Part shown: positions 24,199 through 37,934 of the stretch, piece by piece | Layout: each line of letters opens with the position of its first letter | Position numbering within the stretch: position 1 is the stretch's first letter | Source of the DNA: Atractiella rhizophila | Taxonomy: Eukaryota | Reading direction: 5' to 3' | Length of the DNA stretch: 56,894 nt | Assembly (NCBI GenBank): GCA_021432655.1 | Contig: MU271256.1 | Location: forward strand, 62,001-118,894 | The notes under the pieces: generated by a model | Seen by the model: the letters and a program-made list of their open reading frames with translations, nothing else | The model's database searches: none | Told to the model about the DNA's origin: nothing | Translations under genes and position numbers: made by a program

Positions 24199-25199
24199 GG
24201 AGTCAACAGGATGAGGAACAGTGACGGGACTCACCTCCAATCCGATATCAAGCTCCATACTCAGATTCACCGATATTCAAACGATAACTGCAGAAAGAAG
24301 AAGAATCGTGGCCACCAAGTTAGCCCATTTCATGAGCACCATGATGATGTGGATTCCACTCCAAATTACATTCCTGCGATATTCCCTTCTGTTCAGGCTT
24401 ACTGCGCTCCATCACTGCAAAGAGAAGGGGATGCAGGGTTATGACCTACTCCATTGCGTCCATCCTCTCACCTGAGAGAGTGATGGCTCCAGTCGAGTCT
24501 CTTTTCAGTTTCCATTAGGTTCATTTTTCCTCCGCTGGCAGAGAATATACATTCCTTCTTGCCGACCGATACGCTCCATTCACGCGGGTCAATCATAATC
24601 CTCTCCACTAAGACCTGGATCCATGGATTCATTCAACGCAAATTGACAACTGAGGCATCGCACCGCTCTCCTCCATTCTTTGCTTTCCTAAAAGGTCAAG
24701 TCACAATAGTCACAACTCACCAATGACCTTCCAACCACAACGTTCAGCAGCAAATAATTTGGCTTCAACCCCATTGCCTCACCCATCCATCAAGAGTACA
24801 ACTGGAGAGAGCTCTCTTGTGAAAGCATATCCTTAGCTAAGAGGTTATTCTCTAAGCCTAAACTAGCTGCGAAGCCATGCAGCATGAAAAGGTGTACACT
24901 GCAACTCCCGAATCCTGGGATATCTGTCTGCGTTCCAAAGACGATCCTTCGCATCGCGGTGGCCACATTAATTGCAAGAACATGCTCACTCCTGCAACGG
25001 TGTGCAGGAGAATCAGGTTCGTTTATCTCTCTTGTAACATCAACAAGTTCAAGTTGTGTTCAGCTGCAGGAACCAGGACGATGGATGCGTCTAGGAAGGA
25101 CTACAGAGTGACATAGGGGTAAGCTCAGAAAGGTATCACACTCTGTCCTGATGGAACAGCAGGCCCACCAGGCTTATTGCAACCAATGGGTTCAGTTCA
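24199..25199 (-). repeat. About 1-kb dispersed repeat, copy 2
   Basis: Collinear with 11947-12913; minus frame shows a hydrophobic stretch VIWSGIHIIMVLMKWANLVATILLLSAVIV* followed by a GTGAGT donor. Confidence 0.85.
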
Positions 25200-28197
25200 C
25201 TTTCAGAAACATCAACTCTGTTAAGTGATCATGGGAAGACATATGGGAGTGGATGGACTCGATGCTCCTGCTAGAGATAGTTCCTTATCATTCACAAAGG
25301 TTCTGGTGCCGCCAAATGTCTCAACTTTGAGTTTATTTCGTCAAGATCAGACAGTCAAGGATTCAACCTCTGACCACCTATCTTTCTGGTGCAGCCTGGA
25401 CAGATCTGTTGGAAACACTGATATTTGAAAATCTGGCCACGTAACGTCCAACTGCTCAATTAGACTGTAGGCCTGGTCAGACCATAAAACGTTGACAGAA
25501 TGACTTGGATCAAGATTCATGCTCATAGGACTAGGATTTTGTAGTTACAAAGAGGTGATGAAAGAGGCAGTCCGAAGGAACCTGGGGAATGATGATTCAC
25601 TGTAAGAAGTAGCATGTTCAATAAATGCTGTATGTGTAACATTTGAACAATGTACTGACCTGTCTGATCCAAGAAAAGCGACAGCTGTAAGTCTTCCTCA
25701 TGCTTCAAACATTCTAGAGTAACGATCCCACTCGATTCTTAAAAACAAACCAGATCACCCACAATAATAGCAATACACAAACCGTTCATTAATTTGAATG
25801 GAACAGGGGAAAGAGACGCAGAGAACAAACAGGGTAGACAATTGATACTTTTGGGGGAAGTTTGGTGCCAACTACTTGCCTTCTCAGGCTTGACAAGCCT
25901 GACAGATTGAGAAGTGAAGCAAGCTTTGAGATGCACTGGTACATGCTGCAGGGAAGAAGAACTTGTTTCGTGATCACCAAACTAACATACAGCTGATACA
26001 ATTGCAAATGAAATGAAGAAGTGAAGAAGAATGCTGTATTGCAGTGCAGGAGTGCTGGAGTGGAAGGCAAGGCAGTGAGCAGACTTGCTGCAATAACACA
26101 AAGGTTAAAAAGCATATTCTCAACGAAGGCTCAAGGTACAGGCAGTGTAGGCATGAATCTTAATCTGTAATTCCTCATATACACCTCCTAGCAGGTGCTA
26201 ACACTCCTTTTAAGCTTCAAACTGAATTTGCTTTTCCTTCCAGATTCCAGCACCCTCATCCTTCAGAGGGACCACGTCCACCTTTTGTTTCTACTCTAAT
26301 CAGTGATTCAGTGCTCATCACACTGCTTTGTACACTACACAATCTGTTTGCTTGTTTTTCCTCCTTGCTTTCCTTTGACCAAGAAATTGTGCATAGGCAC
26401 TCACAGTGTCAAGGGTGACAAAATGTGAGGCAGCAGAGAATTAAACCAATGCCAAAAGCAAAATTAAGTTAACTCTGTACATAACACCAACTACACCATC
26501 TCACAACCCTGATACCTTATAAACTTACTTTGTATAACTAAGGCAAGTCTTGCCCAGAGTGCCAAGAAGTTGACTCAGTCATGTCATAAAAACAATTTTT
26601 TTCATCTCTTAAATATCCTTTGCTGCATATGGTTGGAAAGGCGCTGACACGCATACTCTGGTGGGTTATTGTGGGTGGTGAGAGAGTGCTCAAAAGCACA
26701 GGTGTGAGTCATACTAAAACCTGTCCATGCTTTATATACAGTGTTACAAGCGGTTGTTGGTGTTCTCAATCTACACGAAGGAACTATGTCATTTTGCTTG
26801 CTACTTTGACTTCTCATCAGTTTCAGCTATACTTGCTATTATCAGCTCGCCGTGATGTCAAAGCATCAGTAGCACGATAACATGCCAGTGTCTCCAACTT
26901 CACCAGAAGGAGAGCACAGCAGCTTTCAACGTCAAGCAGCCAATCGACAAGTACTGCCACCAAACACCACTTGGATCAACATCAGCGGGTTATGCATCTC
27001 TAGCCCTCTCAACACAAGGGGGTTTCGGGGCCGCTGAAGCGATTAGGATTTGCGAAACGTACATTTGCACCAACTACAGCCAATAGTGAATTAAGAAGTG
27101 TTGAGTGGCCCAGAACAGAAGATGCCTGGGCCCTTGGAAGCTGGGAGGAGGTCGTGTTTACGACGAAGAGGGACAGTTTGAGGCCAGAAATGGAAGAAAA
27201 GCTAGCTGCCATAGAGTACGATGAGCTTGAGCATGCTTTGGAGGAGAGTAAGAGACCGGAAGAGGAGAGAAGACAGAAGTGTGTACTTCCTGTGCTTCGA
27301 GCTTTCGGGAGATGTGGGAGCACACGGAGTTTTATGTGAAGTTGCCCCGCCTGTGCTGTCACACAGGGAACAAAATTCGCTCCGTAGCCAGATTTTTCGG
27401 CTCCGGATAATATCTCCACCTCTGACAATCCCCCTTGGCAACGTGCCTCAATCTCAGGCTGCCTACGCTAGACAGGCCCAGTAACACCGCAGAAACTTAA
27501 TAACACAAAGCGTCTCAAAGGTGGCAAAGGAATTCGGAAAAGGGAAGTTTGCCGTTTCGGAAGGATGCGTCTTCAGATGGCACAAGTAGCGGTTTGCAGG
27601 TATAGTATGGTTTTTATCATCCTCTGCTTTTCATTCACTTCTTTGGCTTCTCGGTATAGTATATTCTACCTGACTTTGAACTTCTTCCTCCTTCTTCATG
27701 TTCCTCTTCGTCCCTCTCCTCTACATCTTCAAACATACCTAACTCAACTACCAAACAAATAGGGAAGACATCACAGATTTGCCATTAAATCTCCCTCAAG
27801 TGCGTCTGCTGTGCCTCCTATAATTCCTTTGCCATCTTGTCTGAAAGCATGAACTCATGTGTTGTGAGGTTCAGGCAGGAACTTCCTTGCATTAGAAGGC
27901 ATGACCGCGCTGCTCCCAAAGGCCCTATCTGCTTCCAAATCATCGGTGGTGGCTTGAACGTTCATTCTGGTGACATTAGTTATGAGAGGTGGACTTTGCT
28001 TGCAGTATTCGCAGCAGAACCAGCAGTGCGTTGGCGATTGCTGTTATACTCCGCGCTCAGTTGATGAAGCATGCAGTTTGCCTTTCATGCTGGGAGCAAT
28101 CGTCACTCTTGATGTTCTCTGTCTGGTGGACTTATTTCCGCAATCGGTTGGTCTTTATAATTTCTTTTCTTTGGGCACATAATCTTACTGTTCGTTG

Positions 28198-30119
28198 AAG
28201 CTGCTGGAACCTATTCTTACTCTTGGGAACTATACTCGCCATCGATATCGTGACAGCGGACAACAAGCTCTTCATCATGCGACTAGGCGGTCTCCAGCCC
28301 CTCATTCGCCAAATGCTCAGTCCAAATACCGAAGTCCAACGCTACGCTGTCGTCAACGTGCACCAACCTTGCAACTCACGGTCAGCCACTCCATTCTGTT
28401 TCGGCTGCAAACTGATACCATTCCAGATGAGGATAAAACTAGGATTTCAAGATCCGGTGCTCTCGATCCTCTTACGCAAAAAGCAAGGACATACGCATCC
28501 AGCGGAATGCTACTGGTGCTCTCCTGAACAGGACACAGAGCGGTGATTTATCTCCCTCAGTCTGCCGAAACTGACATCACTGAAATTATAACAGATGAGA
28601 ATCGCCAACCGCTCGTCAATGCAGTAGATATCTGTCCTTGTAAGCCTGCACCTCTCCCGACACCGAAGTCCAGTACTATTGCACAACGGCTCTGTCCAAC
28701 TTTGCTGTTGATGGCTCGGCTTTCTTTTCCTCCCGTCCAAAAACTTTCTCTTACTGGTGCATCACAGCTAACAACCGAAAGAAGTTATTGAATACAAAGC
28801 CGAAGCTTGTTCAGAATCTCATCACCCTCATGGACAGCCCTTTGCTTAAGGTCCAGCGTCAAGCCACTTTGGCACTCCAAAACCTCACATCTGAATGGTC
28901 CATTCATTCTCTTCTCGACTCCTATGATTCCACAACAGAGAAATCTCAAACTGAGATTGTCAAATCTGGCGGCCTTCCTCCGCTTCTTCGTCTCCTTCGA
29001 TCATCGTTCCTACCTCTTTTCCTCTCCTCCGCGACCTGCATCTCCATCCATCCGTGAACAAGTTCTCCATCATTGAATCTGGCTTCCTTCATCTCCTCAT
29101 TGATCTGCTGGCATACGACGAGAACGAAGAGATACAATGTCATGCCATCTCCACTCTCCATAATCTCGCGGCGTCGAGCGAGAAGAACAAGTCAGGTCTG
29201 GTTGAAGCCGGGGCTATGGATAAAATCAAGTAACTTGTGCTCAACTGTGCCGATTAGCGTCCATTCTGAGATGACGGCTTGTGCAGCTGTTCTGGACTTG
29301 AGCGGTAAGCTGTGCGGCTTTCCAGTGAGAAGTGTGGCTGATGTACTCCACGGATGGTATCAACAGCGATCTTCTAAACATGGGCATCCTAGAAGTGTTG
29401 ATTCCTCTAACAGCAAGCAGCGGCATGGAAGTCCAAGGCAACAAGTGCCGCTGCTACAGGCAATTTATCTTCCAAAGGTGAGGGCCATTTGAGAACGAAT
29501 CTGCGCCAGCTGAAGAGATTCCCTACAGAGAAAGAATACAATTCTTTTAATGCCTTCTGAGACGATCTTGAAGGCGGTTTACACGGACACCTTACCCGCA
29601 TTTTGGAAAACAAATACACGACCTTCCAACACATTGCTGTTTGGATGATTGTCCAGCTGCTCGAATCAGGCGGTCAGTCCTTTGTAGCCCAGAGAGCCTA
29701 TCTTATCCACTCACGCTTTGTTATAGACCCAACACTGGAACGGCACATCCAAAACTCCCCTACCTTCCTCCGTCAGATTAATGCTCTTGCCATCGTCTCT
29801 GTCCCTCCGAACGAAACAAATTCACAGAGCAGCGATGGAGATGGAGATGAGGTGCAAGCACTGCTCATCAAGACATTGACGATGACGAAGGTTTGTCCTT
29901 TCATCTGAAAAAGTGCTCATGGGTCACACTTGTTACGGTCCTGGTGAAATCTCGAATTTGGCGGAGAGGATCCCATTCCTCCTAGACGATGGAGCGCTCA
30001 TTCGAACCACCGATGGAGAGCTCATGATTCAACCTGAAAGCGTCGGCGAGTTCCCAATCCAAGCCGCTGATACAAGCACGGTTTCTAGTCCCAGGGTTGG
30101 GGAGGATAACGATCACTAA
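28198..30119 (+). pseudogene. VAC8: Vacuolar armadillo-repeat protein Vac8, unprocessed (intron-containing) pseudogene lacking its 5' end
   Basis: [113 protein letters not shown]; many frameshifts and deletions. Confidence 0.92.
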
Positions 30120-30868
30120 TCGAGAAAGGACAGATGTGCTCTTGTTTTGGACTGGTTCTAGCAATATTTTGTTTGTGCTGGGTTTGTTTCTTCAAGTTTG
30201 ATTATCAGCCTTATCCATACTATCCTCTCAATCAGTTCTGTTGTCACGAATTTTTCTCTCTATTTAATCTTACCCACACCGTTGACACTTAATTGAACGG
30301 CAATGATTCGTCAGTGTAAGACATTCAATGTGGACTACATGACGGTTCCTCTACAATGTGTTGAAACTGAATGTTTGGATCTCAACTTAAGACGCACTTA
30401 GATGCTGCCAGAAAGACAGCAGGAGCAGACTAACATATGTAGTTCATGACAGAAGGAAAATATTGTCAAATAAGGGTTGACGTGACCTAGCACTTTCTAG
30501 CTCGGTGTGGGAAAGAAGGACTGCCTGGTCGAGAAGGTTTGCAATGCTTGTCAGCATTGCCTGCTAGCTGTTGCATGAACGGGTCATTGTGGTTGTAAGC
30601 TGCTCATATGACCGTAGCGAAGCTGAACGATTTTGAGCCCTGCATATGGTAAGGGTACATCTGAGTTCGTCTCAGGTATCACCATCTTAAGAAAGGCCAT
30701 GCTGTCGAGACCCATATGACCCCAGTGTAACATTAATCATGGCATCCGTTTCTTTATAACAATATCATTGAATTTTATCGGAACGATAGAACAAGTAAAG
30801 GAGGAAGTAAAGGAGCGTGAAACGAAGGAAAATCAGGCAATCAAAGGAGAGAAATAACTTTATCCTAT

Positions 30869-31381
30869 TCATAACTCCCCTGTATCCACCTTGCCAACGT
30901 CATCTAAATCCATGTCTTCATCCTCATCCATGACAAAATCTCCATCGTCCTCGTCGTCAATGTCGTAATCCCAGTGGACTTCCTTGTCTTGCTCCTCTGC
31001 CTGAAGCCGTCGTAACCTCGCTGAAACCAGCCTTCGATCGTTCTCCGCAGCTTGTTCTCTCCAACTCCATCTTGTTCGACCAGTGTTACAATGTCCAGCA
31101 TGGTCCTCCTCAGCAAATTCTTGAACATCCCCTTCAGATTCCTCTTCCAAATCAATAGATTCCGTGTCGTCATCGAGCTCAGGAAGCTTATAACGGGTGT
31201 CCAGGTCACCGTTCTTGATAGCGTCGAGGTCAGGCATCTTTTGAGCCTGTTGCTCATCTGTGAATACGTCCGGGAAGGTAAGATCAAAATTGGGATCTAG
31301 CATCGCATTTAGTCGAATACGAATGGGGAGAGGCAGTCTGTTATAGAAAACTAGATCAAAAATGTAGACCGGAGGCTTCAT
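30869..31381 (-). CDS. Hypothetical protein, terminal exon with highly acidic C-terminus
   Basis: 170-aa ORF with D/E-rich composition; probable intron just upstream; no family recognised. Confidence 0.4.
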   Translation of the reverse strand: MKPPVYIFDLVFYNRLPLPIRIRLNAMLDPNFDLTFPDVFTDEQQAQKMPDLDAIKNGDLDTRYKLPELDDDTESIDLEEESEGDVQEFAEEDHAGHCNTGRTRWSWREQAAENDRRLVSARLRRLQAEEQDKEVHWDYDIDDEDDGDFVMDEDEDMDLDDVGKVDTGEL

Positions 31382-32222
31382 GCATTCTTCTTCTGAGCGG
31401 GTGTAGCACTTTTCGGAAGAAGAGGGAGAGCATGAAATCTTGACTTTGCTTTCTCAGCATGTCGATCTCGGGGAAGTACGCGAAGTGCTGGGTTTCTTCC
31501 TCGACTGCCTCGAGCCTTCTCATATTTCAGGGCATCTAAGCACATTTCATCAAACAACCGAATAAAGTGATCCCATAAGACTGAGCGAAAAGGTGTGTCC
31601 TAGGGTACAGAACTGGGAGATGCCTCTGGGCATGGATGGGTATGGTATATATGGAACGGAGTGTTTGCCGGGAACGCAACAGATGATGGACCGATTTTGG
31701 ATTCGAAGTTCTGAGTGATTGATTAGCATGAGAACATTCTCCCACCACAAACTACGTTAGCAACATTGAAGATGGTACATGATACAAATGCAAGCCACAA
31801 AAACAACGGGATTCACAGTGTGATGGGCCACAGGAGCATGTGTGTCTCCTCCTTCCATCACATTTGGTGTGCCTTAAGCCTTTCTTTCACTTTTGCTTAC
31901 ACTTTCTTATTATTCAGCTCTCTTTGCTATAAGATGAATTGTCCTGCAAGTGTAAAAGCCACTGCTTATTTTGGTCTCGCACCTTGCCTGCAGTCTCGTA
32001 TGCTGCTATGCACTCATATTCTCACACACTACACAGGTCTTGCATATCTGTAAAAATTATCACTGTAGCCCATTGCTGTTCCTTGAGCCAAATATCAAGC
32101 AATAGAAGAAGAAAAAGAAAGGGAAAAGGTCACACAACCAAAGTGATGTAGGATGTGAGAAGTGAGAATGTGCAAATGTCCATCAATTCCTACAGACACA
32201 ATTATCTGACAAGCGATGGCAG

Positions 32223-32339
32223 TATAATAGCGGTTATCTTTTTGGAGCTGGATAGTACACAACTCATCTTAATATAGATAAAGCCATTATTGATATCTTG
32301 GATAAATACAATCTATAAAAATTTATATTCTATTTTCTT
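32223..32339 (+). pseudogene. AT-rich patch, possible nad5-derived mitochondrial insert
   Basis: G*YTTHLNIDKAIIDILDKYNL*K resembles the ND5 C-terminal motif GxxTTKxLDKGxxExLGPYGLEK (recalled); short and degenerate. Confidence 0.3.
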
Positions 32340-32978
32340 GTGCTCAGGTCTTAGGCACTGAGCGCTGTTTAGGGTGCGAAGGTGGCGATTGAGGAGTTCT
32401 TCCGCCGCCTCCAGATCTTTTTAAAGATCGGGTTGTCCGGCGTTTTTTCCTTCTGGAAACACAGCCTCGTCACGATGATCTGCTGGTTGAGTCTGGAGCG
32501 TACTTCCTTCAAAAATTCTCAAATTGGCCTACTTCAAACCCATGGTAAGCTTCCTTCTCCTTTCACCTTCCAGATTTCTGTCTGATGGAGTTCTTTGTAT
32601 AGGTTTCTTCATGTCCAAAGCTCAACCAACGACAGTGGAAAGGGTCTCGTACATAGGAAGATTGGTCTGTGTGGCAAAGTGAAGTGGCTGCGTCGATCAT
32701 GTCAGTTCATCTCATATTCCTATCTATCGATAGAACACAGTTACATTGGACGACGCTTCCTGTCATGGATGTGCCAGTACAGAAAGTGCAGACGACTGAG
32801 TAAAACTGAGGGACTTGCTTATGCAGAGTGACCAAAAAATTGCATAGAAGACAGTCTGCCACAGTCGAGCCACCAAGATCCAGGGAAGCAGCTACGTTCA
32901 GTCATTATCCTGCTCCTTTGAAAGATGGGCACCTAAGTTTTGTGGAAGGAACACATTTATTCCCTTCAAGACTGGTTC

Positions 32979-33098
32979 ACCATAATAACCAACTATATTA
33001 GGACCAATTCTTCTTTGAGTATAAGAAACTTTTCTTTCTATAATTGTTATTATTGCTACACTTATTAATACGGGAACTAATACTAATAATATATCTAA
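32979..33098 (-). pseudogene. nad1: NUMT: 120-bp nad1 5' fragment
   Basis: LDILLVLVPVLISVAIITIIERKV-SYTQRRIGPNIVGYYG, the ND1 ERK...QRRxGPNxVG signature, in AT-rich codons unlike the flanks. Confidence 0.9.
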
Positions 33099-33529
33099 TC
33101 GGTTTCCCCAAATGGAGAGAAGAAAGACCAGATAAGCTGTTTGAGGTTTGATCCACTGCTCTTGAGGTTAGCCCAAATAGTTTGGATCGAAGCTGACTAA
33201 CGGAACAGGTGTCCAGTACTGAGCCAAGGAAAAAGAAAAAGTGGTAATGAGAACAAAAATCAATAGAGTGATTCATTTTGAATCCCTCTTCCTGAGAACA
33301 TCGAGATGACAAGCGTACAGAGAGTGACAGATGACAGTGATTGACATGCCATTTGAAAGTCTTAGGGGCTGTGGTCAACACTGAGAGCAAGAGAGCACCA
33401 CGTACAGAGCAATCACAAAGTGATCTGACGGGCTAGGAAGAAACACAAGTCGAGCGAAGATATGGAAGAGAAGAAAGTCTTATCACCAAACCCCTTACTC
33501 CGCAAACATTGACCTGTTGGATAAATCGT

Positions 33530-33920
33530 TCAAACGAGATAACTTTTCTCCACTTCAGCTTGCCCAGTCAGCATTCTTACCGGCTGAGTACACAATGAAA
33601 CAAACGAGTTCATAACGTGAGCGATGAGCAGAACGAGAACCATGAACCAGCTCGCATTTGTCTGCCAAAACACTTCAGTATATTCTGTTCCCATCTTCGA
33701 GACCAAATTAGGTACTTGTGGGCTTTTGATCGAATGGATTTGAAGCATCGACAAAACCAAACCGACCTCGATAATGATTAAAGTGGAGGATTGAATTAAG
33801 GATGAGACGAGCCTGAATGATACCTATACCTGCTAGACAGAAAAATAGGACGATCGAAACGATGATCTGGCGAGTGAGGTCAAGAAACTCGTTTGGAGGT
33901 ATAGCTGCCATCTTGAACAT
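33530..33920 (-). pseudogene. Small membrane-protein-like relic split across two frames
   Basis: Hydrophobic segments QIIVSIVLFFCLAGIGII and WFMVLVLLIAHV in overlapping ORFs 33708-33962 and 33530-33760. Confidence 0.25.
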
Positions 33921-34880
33921 GGTGGGGTCTTGTAGTTTCAAGAGATATGAGACTCGCCACAAATAACTGATGATTTGCGATGGATGGCAAAGTTAAGTTC
34001 ACGGAGAGAACGGGAACAAGCAGCCGACAAATGGGATGAGAAACTCGAATCTGCGCTGTCAAAGCCTATTTTCCAACTTTGGTTGGATTTCACCAGCCAC
34101 GGATGAACCGTAAAGAATTATGATGGCGAGCAGGAAGGAGATAGGCAAAATCCATCAGTCATAAATTCTCTTCCATGAAGAAGCTGAAAAAGGGTTGTCA
34201 AATTATAGTGAAAACTACTAGGAAGAAAACCATTCCATTCCGCCTCAGACAGGATCTACAAACAGTCATTTGTTGTTGGATCTCAATCAACCGCTGTTCC
34301 AAGGGCCATCGAACGCTTATTTTTTTGATAAGGATTAAATGGTCAATGTTATGCACACGCATCAATGGAATCGACATAAGAAACATGTGCCTCGTAACTG
34401 CTTTCATCATGCTCATGAAAATGGCCACGGGGGGAATCTCAGTTTCATCCATCGAAGACACCAAAATGAGCGAGGAACCAGGCTGAGAAAGATGTAACAG
34501 GGCCCTGCAGAAATCTGAAACCCCAGGTGTGACTTGTATGCGAAGGAGCGCAACGATAATACCTTCTCCTTGCCTTCTCAATGCAATTGTTCGAAGGTTA
34601 AGGTGAGGAGTCACGAGAACCCCGAAAGCATGGTTGCACGGCTCCTGTTGGCTTTCAGCCTGCTGTAGAGGAACGAAAGTTTGTTGCATTTGATTCCATA
34701 CAATACATTGCAGGATCTGACCATTCTGATGTTTGCAATTGTTGGGCAGGATCTAGAGTACCGAACAGTCATTCTGCACTGTCGTCCAGCGCATGTATGA
34801 CTATTGGTTCGAGGGCAGTGTACTCAGGTAAGTTGGCGAGGCATCAACGCTCTTAAGAAGAATAGAAGAGGGTTCCGTCT

Positions 34881-34986
34881 AAATGTCCGAGGAAATGCCT
34901 CATATCCATCCAAAATGTCCGAGGAATGCCTCGCATCCATAAAAATGTCCGGAGGAATGCCTCGTATCCATCAAAATGTCCGAGGA
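34881..34986 (+). repeat. Hairpin minisatellite, copy B (about 3.5 units)
   Basis: AAATGTCCGAGGAATGCCTCGTATCCATC units, same as 10267-10387. Confidence 0.9.
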
Positions 34987-36875
34987 TCAGGATTGGGTCG
35001 TACTGACCGTTCAGGAATGACCGAGCGTGACTCGCCGTCAGCGGGCACTCGTGGAGGGAGTACTAAATTCGTTGGTTTCTCTAAGAACGACTTGACAGTT
35101 GTTAAGAATCATCATCATCCATCCGCTTTGATCCAATCGGATGACGTGGGAAACTATGACTGCCGTCCAACACCACTTATCAATGCCATTCATCAATCGT
35201 TGAGAGGTGCGAATTCCAGTGCTCGAGTTCAACGGATCCGACGGTGTTGACTCCGCCCAAAATTATAACCGCTTTGTTCCCGCGGATTCGTGGATTACGA
35301 TCCAGAGCCCGTACGGAGACAAACAAACGACCATTTATCTGCCGGATCATTCGTTCCCTGCGTCTCAGACGTCCCGTCAGGAGGCTTGCAATAAAACCTC
35401 AGACTCGGACTGAAAGAGGAGGCTGAGCAACAGCGGACCATATCTCAAGAAAACAACGAGGGGATGGGTACATCTTACACTTACATGTATGGACATGCTG
35501 AACGAAATGCTTGATAGGGCTGGCTTGCTTAGTACGTCGTGACTGGGTTCTTTCGTCATACACATACGTTGAGTATTGATGAATTACTCTTTCAGGCGTG
35601 TAAAAGCCAAAAGATTCGGTGTGACAAGGTATCTAGAGCTCCACAGCACTGGCAGTAAGGCTAATCCGTTTGGAGGCGATACCCTGTACACAATGCGTCG
35701 TGTAAGTGTACCATTTTCCATTCTAGAAGCCTGAACCTTGCGTAGAAGGGGGCGAGGGGATCTGTGTCAGCCCAACCAGGCAACGGCAAGGGGGCGTCCA
35801 AAGGGATCCGGCCGAAAGAAGCGTACAACAGAAATGGTAAAGACTGTATTTCTTCAGCGACGTGGACATACTTGAGCTTCTTTAACGACAGATTCAGTCT
35901 GATGCATCCGTTCCTCGTTCGTTCTTGTCCGTTACCTTTCCTTGCTGCCTCTCAGAACCAGGGCTAGACGATCAAGGTTGTGAGAATTGTGGGGACTTGA
36001 CACCTAGTAGGTGGAGGAAGGATAGCACTGGACAAAGGGTTTGTAATGCTTGTGGTGTGTCAACGTCCTTCATTCAGCAAAGCTTATGAAGAGCTCTAGG
36101 ACTTTATTTCAATGTCGCTCTCATCGCTTTCTTTTTTTGGACTGTAGTTGATACATTGGAACAGCGGTATGGCAAACGTCGTCCTGCGCACGTTGCCCCG
36201 AAACGCGAAGAACGAGAAATAGTCACTACTTCACAATCTGACACATCAAATGTGCGATGATATGATTCTTCGAATAAAGCATAAGGTAACGAAACTCTAC
36301 TGTGTCTTAGGGACCGCTGTCGCATCCACGCCGGCAACCGCACAATATCCCCCACCAAATCTGCGCAACCTTTTCCTCCGCCGTAGTTGTGGGTGATCAC
36401 CCTAACATCCAAGGAGGCGAACATTCAAGTAGGCCCAAGCCTGGCGAAGGAATTGGAGGTCTCTGTTAGAACTGTGAAGCTGTCGAGCTTACTGAGGGTA
36501 ATTCAGGACAAACGAGTAACAGCTTTTACCAGCAGCCAGCAATCCGAAACATTGACCGTGCGTACATCATTTTATGACGACACGCGAACTAACACTCCCG
36601 TGTTTAGAACCAACCATTACGTTCTGCGTTCCCAGAACGCCACGATGCCCATGGACGGATCTCTAGAACTGATTCCTCCTCCGCAATGGTGTATGTTCAC
36701 CCTACAGTCCAAGGATGCGAGGAAAGAAGGCACAGTGGCGCAAGGCACTGCAACATTCGTCAAGAAATGAGTTTCGGTTATGATCAGAATTATTTGCAGT
36801 ATACTCGCGACTTGTTGCCACTGCAACAAGGTAAGTCCCTAATGTGGGGAGTTGCGTTCACATTCATTTGTGTAG

Positions 36876-37129
36876 AGTTGAACATCATCAAAAAAGAGAA
36901 CGAAGGCTTGCGAAGACGGATATTAACATTGGAAAAGGAGAAAGAGTTGGCTCTCATGAAAGAAGAGAACAATGGCTTGCGAGGATGGATATTAACGCTG
37001 GAAAAGGAGAAAGAGCTTGCTCTCATAAAAGAAGAGAACAATGGCTTGCGAGAAACGATATCAAGGTTGGAGAAAGCGTTGAACTTCACTGATGGCAGAG
37101 AACAAAGGGTTGCGAGGAGAGGATACTAA
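36876..37129 (+). CDS. Terminal exon of a hypothetical coiled-coil protein built from a 66-bp tandem repeat (about 2.7 copies)
   Basis: KEENNGLRxxILTLEKEKELAL repeats; intron GTAAGT...TGTAG at 36831-36875. Confidence 0.5.
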
Positions 37130-37934
37130 CGCCTGAATTGGAAGAAGAGTCGGGGCTAGATGCGGTACAGGTGGTGTTCTTTTAAGCTCAATTCGTGTTT
37201 GTTTTTCTCGAAAGATCTTGCCTAGCTCTCGATAACCTCAGACGTTATCAGATAACCGTCAACGTCGATCTTTGTGCTCTCCTGTCACCTCGTTACTAGG
37301 CCAAATGGTTCCTGTCTTCCACCACCCACCACGCTTAAACTGCTATCCAATGACCAATTTACTCCCATAACTAAAACATGTTACAAATTGAGGCTGATGA
37401 TAAGAAAGTCAAAATATTTGAGACAAGGAGTCTGATTTAATCTGTTGAAAACTGGTCCGGAAATGGCAGCGAGTTTTGTAAATATGAAACGGTATCCTAG
37501 TGCTGGACTGGTGCTGGACCGGGATGGATGGACTGCTGGTACACAAAAGTATGGAAGTTGGGATAGCAATAGAGATCATCGCAGGCAAGCCGACGTGGTG
37601 ACGAATGCATTTTGGAGTGAAGAGGAGGCAAAGAGTGTCTCGAAGGCTTAAAATGAGGGGGTGTCGTCGTGTTTGAAAGAGGTTGCAGCATAGAGAAACC
37701 AACAAATATGGTACTCACCAGTACCCCCACCACAGGTACCTGTGACAACGAGTCACAAATCACTTCAGGGTACAAAAAAAGCAGGATGGGTACCGGTGGC
37801 TATTACTTGAGACTATTAACCAGTACTAGCCATGGGACCATAAGTACTTGAGTGTACTTGTTTGTGTACCTAAGGTGAAATTTTATGGTAAATGCATTGA
37901 GCCATGAAGATAGTCATTTTAAGAGTTTTGACCA

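Noticed and set aside
27010..27360. Possible C-terminus of a fungal BTB-type protein (CxxC...W...KLP)
   Set aside because: Too short and frameshifted, no BTB core seen
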